Below the pieces are notes generated by a model, which was not told where the DNA came from, did not search any database, and worked only from the letters and a program-made list of their open reading frames with translations. Shown here one piece after another: positions 1 to 7,704 of a stretch of DNA of 32,000 nucleotides. The position numbers and the translations under genes were made by a program. The DNA comes from an uncultured archaeon (GTDB taxonomy: Archaea; Asgardarchaeota; Thorarchaeia; Thorarchaeales; Thorarchaeaceae), in assembly GCA_964354495.1 (NCBI GenBank), contig CAYHAA010000014.1, positions 47,392-79,391 of the forward strand. The letters run 5' to 3'. Position 1 is the stretch's first letter, and each line of letters begins with the position of its first letter.

Positions 1-871
1 TTCCGCCCGCTGCGAAGACACCGTATGCATGAGCTATTGCACGAGCTGTTCCTACTCCTCCGCCAGAAGGAACTTCATAATTCCGTGCATAAATGCGACT
101 CTCGTCCAGACAAAACTCGGTTCCCGCTAACGCACGATGAGCCGCAGACCGCGGATTCATTGCCGCGAGAATGAATCCGATTGGAGCAGAGCGCATTGCT
201 GAAATGCCAAATTTAGGTGATCTGAGAGTAGCAAGTCTAGTATTCGGAATACCTTCAGGAAGTCGAATATAGAAGTCAAGACCCAGTGGAGTTGCAATTT
301 CATCTTGGAAATATCGTCCTAGGCTGCGGCCTTTGGGGTCAACGCGGCGCAGAAGTTCGCTCTGGTAGAAGCCCAAGGTCAGGCCGTGGTATCCATGTCG
401 TGTTCCTGGTTCCCATGCTGGCTTCTGTCTGGCCAAAACCACTGCCAAGCGGTCGAGATCTGCCACGATTTCCTTGTTTCCTAGTTCATCAAATGCAAAG
501 AGCCCAGCTTGATGCGCAAACAGCTGCCGGATAGTAATCCTTTCCTTGCCTTGTTGCGCAAACTCCGGCCAATACTTGGAAACAGGGTCGTCGTAGTCGA
601 ATAGTCCCCGCGAATGAGCAAGCGCCATGGCAAGAGCTGACAACCCCTTCGTAGTCGACCACACGAGCACCATAGTGTCCTCCTCCCATGGTTCTCCTGT
701 TGCCTCATCTCTGATTCCGCCCCACAGGTCGACTACTTTTTCGCCCTTGTAGTAAATGCAGCATGCGGCACCAAGTTCATTACGAAGCTGGAAGTTCTTG
801 ACGAAGGCTTCTCGAACAGCTTCAAATCCAGTCTTGACGAAACCTGATATTATACTACTTTCTGTGGTCAT
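1..871 (-). CDS. Serine hydrolase, beta-lactamase class C / EstB-like family (3' part runs off the window)
   Basis: Not in the ORF track because it has no stop in the window. Translated by hand from ATG at 871: MTTESSIISGFVKTGFEAVREAF...LGAACCIYYKGEKVVDLWGG...VWSTTKG (SxxK motif)...PSGGGVGTARAIAHAYG near base 1. Confidence 0.9.
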   Translation of the reverse strand, partial: MTTESSIISGFVKTGFEAVREAFVKNFQLRNELGAACCIYYKGEKVVDLWGGIRDEATGEPWEEDTMVLVWSTTKGLSALAMALAHSRGLFDYDDPVSKYWPEFAQQGKERITIRQLFAHQAGLFAFDELGNKEIVADLDRLAVVLARQKPAWEPGTRHGYHGLTLGFYQSELLRRVDPKGRSLGRYFQDEIATPLGLDFYIRLPEGIPNTRLATLRSPKFGISAMRSAPIGFILAAMNPRSAAHRALAGTEFCLDESRIYARNYEVPSGGGVGTARAIAHAYGVFAAGG

Positions 872-883
872 TTGAGATACACC

Positions 884-1591
884 TTACATACTGTCCTGAC
901 TTAGAGTTACTGCCAGCGTCGCTTCACTCAGTTGAATACTGCCTTTTTCCAAACGCCAGACGACAACGGCCACCATAGCTACCCATAGCATATAGCTATA
1001 GACCATAGTGCGCTCGACAAGTCCGATCCATGGAATGGGCTGTCCTGCCTCAGCCTGAACTGCGCCTAAGAAGGGCAGAGCACCCAGCACAAGGTATACC
1101 ATGATTGTGGCGAAAGAGTAGAAACGGAACTTCTTTCCGAATGCGATTGCTCCGACTCCTATTGATAGCAGAATGAAGAGCACCGTCGAGCCTGTTGTTA
1201 TTTGGTGCATAACATTGGAAAAAGCTATCGCGCTTTCACCCGGGCTCATCGGGAAGAATAACCCCACAAAGCCGACAATCGCATACCCGACAAGGAAGCC
1301 TCCCGCGAAATGCAGAGCACGCTTCTGACCAGCAAGTGCCCAGGCGCCTAATCCGAATGCTGTTACAGGAATATCATGCACGATATAGAGCAACACGACG
1401 GGCGGTCCCGAGGGAGCCCCGATGGCGCTCAGTTCACTGATAAACTGAGTGATGGAGTCATAGTCCCCCAGTAGCATACCCCCGAGTATGTCGGTGGCGA
1501 CATAAAGCATCGAAGAGAAGATACCGCAGATAAGTAAGCTCCTCAGCAACCTTGCATTCCTTGTTTGACTACGGATGATGTCGAGGTTCAT
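884..1591 (-). CDS. DUF998-like integral membrane protein
   Basis: ORF 884..1708 trimmed to ATG 1591 (MNLDIIRS...). Has about 5-6 hydrophobic segments, an FISELSAIGAP motif and GLVER, typical of DUF998. Confidence 0.75.
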   Translation of the reverse strand: MNLDIIRSQTRNARLLRSLLICGIFSSMLYVATDILGGMLLGDYDSITQFISELSAIGAPSGPPVVLLYIVHDIPVTAFGLGAWALAGQKRALHFAGGFLVGYAIVGFVGLFFPMSPGESAIAFSNVMHQITTGSTVLFILLSIGVGAIAFGKKFRFYSFATIMVYLVLGALPFLGAVQAEAGQPIPWIGLVERTMVYSYMLWVAMVAVVVWRLEKGSIQLSEATLAVTLSQDSM

Positions 1592-1705
1592 AGTTGTCCC
1601 TTTTGACGTCCTTTTCATGCAGTGTGCGTTAGCTTCGCAAATAGTGCTCCAAGTCTGAATCCAATTCGTGTGGATGTTGTCGTTTAGAATCAAGTGGACC
1701 CACCG

Positions 1706-1717
1706 CATTTATAAATG
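1706..1717. promoter_or_regulatory. Palindromic TATA-box-like element in a divergent intergenic region
   Basis: CATTTATAAATG is a perfect 12-bp palindrome containing TTTATAAA, near the centre of the 1592-1822 spacer. Confidence 0.4.
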
Positions 1718-1822
1718 ATACGGAACCGTGGCTCCCAGCCTAGGAACTTCTGGTATACGGAGAACGAACGATGTGCTGGACGCTTGAGGCGTTCTCATGT
1801 CTGGAAAGAAGGTTATTCTACT

Positions 1823-2662
1823 ATGACCTCGCAAAGGCATGACTCGGACGCAAAGTCCGAACAGATGGTAGGCGTTGCTCCCTTCAGCGAAATAACACGC
1901 AGATCCACCAGGCCGATTGAACTTCTCAACAACCTCGCGCCGAAACACCGTATCTACGGGCTAGTTGAGATAGATGTCACAGAGGCCCGAAAGTTCATCT
2001 CAGAGAACGAAGCAAAGACAGGTGTGAAGCTGTCTTTCACTGGCTGGGTGATAAAGTGTGTTGCCCAAGCTGTCGGCGAGCACAGAGAAGTCCAAGCCAT
2101 GAAGAAAGGGAAGAATAAGCTAATTGTATTCGATGATGTTGATGTTGGGATGATTATCGAACGGCAGGTGAAATCTGAGAGATTCGCGACCTCATACTGT
2201 GTAAGGAAGGCAAATGAGAAGAGCTTTAGGCAGATTCACGATGAGATTCGCCATGCTCAGAATGGCGAAGCGAGTGAAGGCGGCGAGTCGGACGAGAGGC
2301 CTCCTGCATCAGTCAAAGTCTTCTCCCGCCTGCCAGAACTGCTGAGAAAGTTGTACTGGAGAAAGATAAGGTCAGATCCCTTTCTGAGGAAACGCCTGAT
2401 GGGGACAGTAGCCGTCACAGCAGTAGGAATGTTTGGGAAAGGCGGTGGATGGGCCATCCCAATCGGACTGCACTCTGTTGTGTTCGCTTTGGGGGGCATC
2501 TCCACGAAGCCAAGAAACTTCGCCAATCCAATTGACATGGGCGAGTTTCTTAACATGACAGTAATGTTCGATGAGGAAGTATCACTAGGAGCTCCTGCGA
2601 CTCGATTCCTCGCCAGGCTTTCAGAGCTCATGCAATCGGGTTTTGGACTCAAAGAAGAATGA
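1823..2662 (+). CDS. Stand-alone 2-oxoacid dehydrogenase E2 (acyltransferase) core domain with a degenerate active site
   Basis: Motifs EIDVTEARK, SFTGWVIKCVAQA and TVAVTAVGMFG are present; no lipoyl domain. The catalytic DHxxxDG motif reads DEEVSLG. Start trimmed to ATG 1823. Confidence 0.85.
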   Translation: MTSQRHDSDAKSEQMVGVAPFSEITRRSTRPIELLNNLAPKHRIYGLVEIDVTEARKFISENEAKTGVKLSFTGWVIKCVAQAVGEHREVQAMKKGKNKLIVFDDVDVGMIIERQVKSERFATSYCVRKANEKSFRQIHDEIRHAQNGEASEGGESDERPPASVKVFSRLPELLRKLYWRKIRSDPFLRKRLMGTVAVTAVGMFGKGGGWAIPIGLHSVVFALGGISTKPRNFANPIDMGEFLNMTVMFDEEVSLGAPATRFLARLSELMQSGFGLKEE

Positions 2663-2689
2663 ATTGAATGCGGATGTGAAAATTGAGTA

Positions 2690-3166
2690 ATGATAATGGA
2701 GTACTATCACGCTTCGAAATATGGGAATGGTGTTAAGGTCGCTGAAGAATTCAAGAGAATCATGACTGCCAAGGGCGTAACAGTGAACGTCCATCACGTC
2801 AAGAAGGTCAAGCCGAAAGAGGTCCCACCTGCTGATCTGTATGTGTTCAGCTGCTCCGGCCGCTTCGGCAAGCCAATCGGAGATGTACGCAGCTTCTTGG
2901 AGAAGACTCAATTTCCCCCGGGGACGAGATGTGCTGTCCTGACCACAGAAATGGCTCCCCAGCCAGACAAGAAGACAGGCAAGGTATCCACTGAGGATGG
3001 GGCTTGTCAGAAGGTCCTACCGATCATGAGGGAGATCTTGCAGGCCAAGGGGCTCAAGAAGATAGTAGAGGGGAGAGTCTACGTGCAAGGGATAAAGGGG
3101 CCTCTTGAAGATGGCTGGCAGAATAAAGTGCAAGCCTTTGCTGAGCTCATACCTGTGGATGGCTGA
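2690..3166 (+). CDS. Flavodoxin-like protein
   Basis: N-terminal YHASKYGNG phosphate loop, ADLYVFSCSGRFG and C-terminal GPLEDGW. Confidence 0.8.
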   Translation: MIMEYYHASKYGNGVKVAEEFKRIMTAKGVTVNVHHVKKVKPKEVPPADLYVFSCSGRFGKPIGDVRSFLEKTQFPPGTRCAVLTTEMAPQPDKKTGKVSTEDGACQKVLPIMREILQAKGLKKIVEGRVYVQGIKGPLEDGWQNKVQAFAELIPVDG

Positions 3167-3298
3167 CGGGAGCTTTTCAGAACTAATGTTACTAGATCAA
3201 GCATTCAGTCCAGTTTCAACTATGATCGTTTCTGATGTAGGAAGGTAGTGTGAGTATTCAAAGTAGTATGAGGTTATGACTTGAAATTCCTTGAAGAT

Positions 3299-3760
3299 AT
3301 GATTATCGAAGACTCAGTGGAAATTGAAGCAGATGTTGAGAAAGTGTGGGACTTCTTTGATAATCTTGAGGAGAATTATCTATCATGGCACCCCAAGGAT
3401 CATGTCACTTGCAGATGGATTAGAGGGCGTCCTCATGAAGTTTGATCAGTCGCGTACTTCGAGGAAATTCTTGATGGAAAACTGGTCAAGATTAAGGCGA
3501 AGACAACCAAAGTTGAGAGATTCAAATATTCTGAGAATAGACCGTACTTTCCTCTTTCGATATTTCATCCCAAAGGAGCTTACATATTTGAAGCAAAAGG
3601 GGACAATTGCGTTTTTACTGCAATCAACCACTTTAGAATTCCGAGATTGTTCAGAGAATCGTTCCTGGCATATACTAGAATTGAAGCGCTAAGAGTGCAC
3701 ATCAGAGAGGAATGCCTCATTTTGAAGAATCTAATGGAAAAGAAGAGATGCCGCCAATAG
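3299..3760 (+). pseudogene. SRPBCC/START-fold (polyketide cyclase-like) gene interrupted by an in-frame TGA at 3443-3445
   Basis: Manual translation: MIIEDSVEIEADVEKVWDFFDNLEENYLSWHPKDHVTCRWIRGRPHEV*SVAYFEEILDGKLVKIK...HIREECLILKNLMEKKRCRQ*. It has the SRPBCC N-terminal signature (SVEIxAxxEKVW...WHP) and a C-terminal helix. Missed by the ORF track. Confidence 0.8.
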
Positions 3761-3841
3761 GAATATCTCGTTAATGCTACTCACGCTATATTTGAAAGAA
3801 GCAAGATTGACGACATATCAGCCGAGGAGGATCTATTCTGA

Positions 3842-4450
3842 TTGAGAATCAGTCACGATGGCATTCGACTATCCAGTGCTAGTGGCATTCTGCTTATCCT
3901 GCTGTACTGCGCCTTCACGTTCGTATCTTGGTTCTTCTATCCGCTTCCTTATTCGCCATGGACCAATTACCTCAGCAGGCTTGGCAACTTCGAATATAGC
4001 CCATTTGGTGCCTGTTTCTACAATCTCGGATGTATTCTTACAGGCATCGTCCTCATTCCATTCTTTGTTGGACTGGGACAATGGTCTACCAGCAGCAGAC
4101 TCGGAAATGCCTTGCTTCTAGTAGGCCGGCTCATTGGCCTGTTCTCTGCAACTGCTCTGATCCTCATTGGAGTCTTCTCTGAAAACCAAGGCACTTCTCA
4201 TATGACCGCATCGTCAGCTTTCTTTTTGTTGAACTTCTTTGTACTAATCTTGCTCAACATGGCGCTCCTATTCCATCGACGATTCATAAGAGCGGTTGGG
4301 CTCTACGGTTTGACAATGACTTCCTTGAGCCTGCCACTAGAGGTTCTCTTGGGTGGCCCATTGGTCGAGTGGTACATCGTCTTTGGATCATTGGTCTTTG
4401 TTGGGCTAGTTTCGTACAACACAATGATCCTAGAAAAAGAGCCGCACTGA
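3842..4450 (+). CDS. DUF998-like membrane protein
   Basis: About 5 TM segments and an NYLSRLGN motif with H-x-x-A-S (HMTASS). TTG start after a GAGGAGG element. Confidence 0.7.
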   Translation: MRISHDGIRLSSASGILLILLYCAFTFVSWFFYPLPYSPWTNYLSRLGNFEYSPFGACFYNLGCILTGIVLIPFFVGLGQWSTSSRLGNALLLVGRLIGLFSATALILIGVFSENQGTSHMTASSAFFLLNFFVLILLNMALLFHRRFIRAVGLYGLTMTSLSLPLEVLLGGPLVEWYIVFGSLVFVGLVSYNTMILEKEPH

Positions 4451-4491
4451 CATGCTAGAAAGCCACCTTGAGTTGCCTTGCCTAAGGTATT

Positions 4492-5283
4492 CTATTCGCC
4501 TGCGAGTCTGAATTGCATGCCATACAGGCTCTTTCGATAGCATGCCTGGATGCATTTCCCACACACCTCATCAGTCAGCCCTTGTTTCTGGAGGCTGATC
4601 ATGTATCTCCTGCAATTCTCTCGATAGTCTTTCAGTGTTGCTCGGTTTCTGATAAATGAGCATGCATCCTCGCATGCTGTGCAGTCGCCACATTTGGATC
4701 GGAGTTGCTTCCCTGCAGAGAGGGGGACCGCGGTCACAATCGATGCAAAACGCAGGGCACAGCTGAATGTCTTGTTGATAATGAGTCCATTCTTGCCTCT
4801 CCACCCGAGACCTGCAATCTCAGCTATAGTCCGGTGCGATACGGTATGTCCGAAATAGTCCGACACGTGTCCTACCTCTGTCATGATACCCGAGAGTGTA
4901 GCCGGAATGGCAATTCCTTCGAACTCCAGTGCGAGGATATGAGCCAGATGATCCAGAGCTCCGTTGATTCTAGCATATTCTGAAGCGTAGTTGTTCCATC
5001 TCTCGATATCAACGCTATTTTCTTTTATCACGTTGATGTCATCGATTGCTCTCTCTCCATATGCGATTCCTATCGAAATGAACGAACCTGACTCAATGAA
5101 GTCCGGAAAGCGACTCCCCGCAATCAGTCTGAGTCTCTCCTGCTGGATAAGGGCAAGCTCCTCATAGACGGAACGGAAGTTCGCTACACCTATGACTCCT
5201 TTGGCTGCAGTATCAGCCAGTAGTCTCTTGAAACGGAGCTTCACCGACCGAGTGTTCCTCTCTTCTTGCTGTCTAATATCCAT
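4492..5283 (-). CDS. Epoxyqueuosine reductase (QueG)-like iron-sulfur protein
   Basis: SHRTIAEIAGLGWRGKNGLII and LRFASIVT motifs, plus Cys clusters CGDCTACEDAC and CGKCIQAC. Start trimmed to ATG 5283. Confidence 0.8.
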   Translation of the reverse strand: MDIRQQEERNTRSVKLRFKRLLADTAAKGVIGVANFRSVYEELALIQQERLRLIAGSRFPDFIESGSFISIGIAYGERAIDDINVIKENSVDIERWNNYASEYARINGALDHLAHILALEFEGIAIPATLSGIMTEVGHVSDYFGHTVSHRTIAEIAGLGWRGKNGLIINKTFSCALRFASIVTAVPLSAGKQLRSKCGDCTACEDACSFIRNRATLKDYRENCRRYMISLQKQGLTDEVCGKCIQACYRKSLYGMQFRLAGE

Positions 5284-5512
5284 ACGCAACAACCACGTCT
5301 GTCCGAATGAAATACACTCCGGTTCGACGATAAAAGGCCACTGTGAACAAGTTCTTAAGCACACGTTATTCACAAAAACCTGCAGGTACTGCCAAGCGAG
5401 GAGCGCTTTCTTACATAGGAATTGTCGACGTCTTTTTTCACGCATCGTACATGCCCAGAAGAACACGCCAGTTTTGAACTACTTGCATAATCGCATTTGC
5501 GAGAGATACAAA

Positions 5513-6118
5513 ATGACATACGAAGAAAGAGAGCCTATTGAGGCTACAGTGGCTGAATTGAAGCCACGAATGAAGAATGTTACCATCACTTTCAAGGTGG
5601 TAGAAGCAGGTGAGGTTAGAGAGGTTGCCTCCAGAAATGACGGAGAGAACCACAGAGTTGCTGATGTTACAGTAGCTGATTCGACAGGATCTGTCCAAGT
5701 TCCACTCTGGGACGATGCAATTGAAAACGTTACACCTGGAAACACATACACACTCAAGAACGGTTACACTGGTCTATTCAGAGGTAACCTACGACTCAAT
5801 GTTGGAAAGTACGGTGAGCTCACAGGAGCTGAGACCCCAATCGAAGAAGTCAACCTTGAGAACGATATGAGTGCCGAAGAGCACGAAGACGATCGCCCAC
5901 GCAGAAGCTATGGTGGTGGTGGTGGTCGTGGCGGCAGCGGTGGCGGCGGCTATGGCGGAGATCGACGTGGCGGCAGCGGCGGCGGCTATGAAGGTGGCGG
6001 CGGTGGCGGCGGCGGTGGTTACGGTGGAGACCGACGAGGCGGCGGTGGCGGTGGCGGCTATGGTGGTCGTGACCGACGAGGCGGTAGTGGCGGATACGGC
6101 GGGAGCCGAAGACGCTAA
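5513..6118 (+). CDS. ssb: Single-OB-fold single-stranded DNA-binding protein with a Gly/Arg/Tyr-rich C-terminal tail
   Basis: VADVTVADSTGSVQVPLWDD and GLFRGNLRLNVGKYG match the archaeal SSB/RPA OB fold. True start is ATG 5513; the upstream part of ORF 5192 overlaps the QueG-like gene. Confidence 0.9.
   Translation: MTYEEREPIEATVAELKPRMKNVTITFKVVEAGEVREVASRNDGENHRVADVTVADSTGSVQVPLWDDAIENVTPGNTYTLKNGYTGLFRGNLRLNVGKYGELTGAETPIEEVNLENDMSAEEHEDDRPRRSYGGGGGRGGSGGGGYGGDRRGGSGGGYEGGGGGGGGGYGGDRRGGGGGGGYGGRDRRGGSGGYGGSRRR
5909..6115 (+). repeat. Low-complexity GGN-rich coding repeat: YGG(R)DRRGG x3 separated by poly-Gly
   Basis: 69 codons, of which 44 are Gly and 6 are Tyr by my count, with 4 RGG motifs. 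Confidence 0.95.
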
Positions 6119-6155
6119 TCCATCTTGTACGCAGATTAACACTCTTTACCAACAA

Positions 6156-6203
6156 ATGCACGAGTAGTCCCTTGGACTGCTCGTTGCATCTTCCCTTTTT
6201 TTT
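6156..6203 (+). terminator. Hairpin plus T-tract after ssb
   Basis: ATGCA-CGAG-TAGTCC/CTT/GGACTG-CTCG-T-TGCAT stem (6156-6189), followed by T8 at 6196-6203. Confidence 0.65.
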
Positions 6204-6300
6204 CTATCAGCCAACATCTTTTCGAGAGTTGTGTTTTGGTTCACATCGGTACGAACTTAAGATGGTCCATCATGGCTTCTGCCAAGGCTGAGAGAAACAG

Positions 6301-7602
6301 ATGGCAATCGACGAAGAATCACCTGAGGGTGACGAAATAGCTCCAGAGCTTGCTACCAAGAAACTTGGATTCCTTGGCTTGAGCAACAACCTCTGGAGAC
6401 TGGCTCTAGTCATTGGAATTGCTCAGCTCTCTCTGGCTCTCTGGAAGTGGGAGTTCAGTATCTTCCTGGAAGAAGAGATCTTTCTGCAACCTTGGCAGAT
6501 GGGCATTGTCTTCTCGGCCTCTACATTCGCAGGTCTCATTGCGAGTGTGTTCGCAGGCTACATTGCCGATTTCATTGGTCGACGGTGGACTATTGCTCTT
6601 GGCTTCTTGCCCATGACCATTGGACTTGTCACAATGTCGTACCTTCCGATATGGCCGTATGTGGCAGTCCAATTCAGCTTGGTATGGTTCGGAATGAGCA
6701 CTGCACGACTCATGGCCCGTGCAATCCCAGCTGACGAGATTGCCTCTGATGATGGGCATAATCCAGCGCGCAGGCTCATGATGGTCACGATGCCTCTCTG
6801 GTTCTTTGATGCACTTGGTCCATTTGTTGGATCTATCCTGTTGAATGCTGGATATCAATCCGGCGACTTACATCGCCTTGCCGCAGTAGTGTCAATAATC
6901 ACTTTCCTCTCAGCAGTTCTATTAGTTAAAGAGTCTCTTGGCTCAGATATACGCAAGAAGGCACGCTCGGGACCCAAGGTACCTGTTCGTAGTCTCGGTC
7001 GTGACTACTGGCTTCTTACGTTAGGAATGATTGGATTTGCTTTCTTCTGGGCTGTGTCTATTCAGTATCTTGGAAATCTCTGCGTCGGGCCTTGGAATGT
7101 CGACGCGATAACATACGGCCTGACTTGGAGCTTCTTTTCAGTGACCGCAGCCATCATAATGTATCCCGCAAGTATCATCGCAGATCGCAACCTCAAGGGT
7201 GCACTCCTTTTGGGAGTCTTCGGAAATGCGGCTGTGTACATATGGTGGAGCGTTGGTAGTGGTGCTTTGATGATGTATCTCATCAACTTCGCGTGGACAT
7301 TCCCTCTTGTCCTATGGGTCGGGGCAGAGAGAAGCATCATAGTCCTTGTGGTTTCTGAGGAGACGAAAGGTCGAGCGCTAGGAACCTATGACCTCCTGAT
7401 GGGTGTTGTGGGTATGGGAGGACAGTTTTTGGGTGCAATGATTTGGCAAACCACAGATAGCTTGCGGGTCGTCTGGGGAGTGGCAGGTGCTGGAATGATG
7501 GTCAGCTCTCTTGTCTTATTCGCTGTGTTACGGAGCATCAGCAACACCAAACTGGCTGGTTCCCCAAAGCAGAGAGAACTCATCTTCAAAGCGAAAAGAT
7601 GA
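6301..7602 (+). CDS. Major facilitator superfamily transporter
   Basis: About 12 TM segments, MFS motif A (GYIADFIGRR) and VSEETKGRALG in the C-terminal half. Confidence 0.9.
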   Translation: MAIDEESPEGDEIAPELATKKLGFLGLSNNLWRLALVIGIAQLSLALWKWEFSIFLEEEIFLQPWQMGIVFSASTFAGLIASVFAGYIADFIGRRWTIALGFLPMTIGLVTMSYLPIWPYVAVQFSLVWFGMSTARLMARAIPADEIASDDGHNPARRLMMVTMPLWFFDALGPFVGSILLNAGYQSGDLHRLAAVVSIITFLSAVLLVKESLGSDIRKKARSGPKVPVRSLGRDYWLLTLGMIGFAFFWAVSIQYLGNLCVGPWNVDAITYGLTWSFFSVTAAIIMYPASIIADRNLKGALLLGVFGNAAVYIWWSVGSGALMMYLINFAWTFPLVLWVGAERSIIVLVVSEETKGRALGTYDLLMGVVGMGGQFLGAMIWQTTDSLRVVWGVAGAGMMVSSLVLFAVLRSISNTKLAGSPKQRELIFKAKR

Positions 7603-7704
7603 GCGACTTCAAGATGCCTGATAGTGACTCTACTGAGGATTCCTCGAGTCGCATTACTCCGTCTACTGGCACGAATATAATAAAAGTGGCATCTCCTATA
7701 GCGA

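Noticed and set aside
1592-1822. ORF-track N-terminal extensions (884..1708, 1715.., also 5192.., ..5466, ..10754, ..29194, 29178..)
   Set aside because: They lack family similarity, some overlap divergent genes, and better RBS-supported starts lie downstream.
3443-3445. TGA as evidence of genome-wide stop-codon reassignment or a selenoprotein
   Set aside because: Many intact genes here end in TGA, the site is not a redox Cys position, and I saw no convincing SECIS downstream.
5789-6167. Ala-, His/Arg- and Val/Ala-rich ORFs (5789..6142, 5850..6161, 5871..6167)
   Set aside because: These are alternative-frame and antisense shadows of the GGN repeat in ssb.
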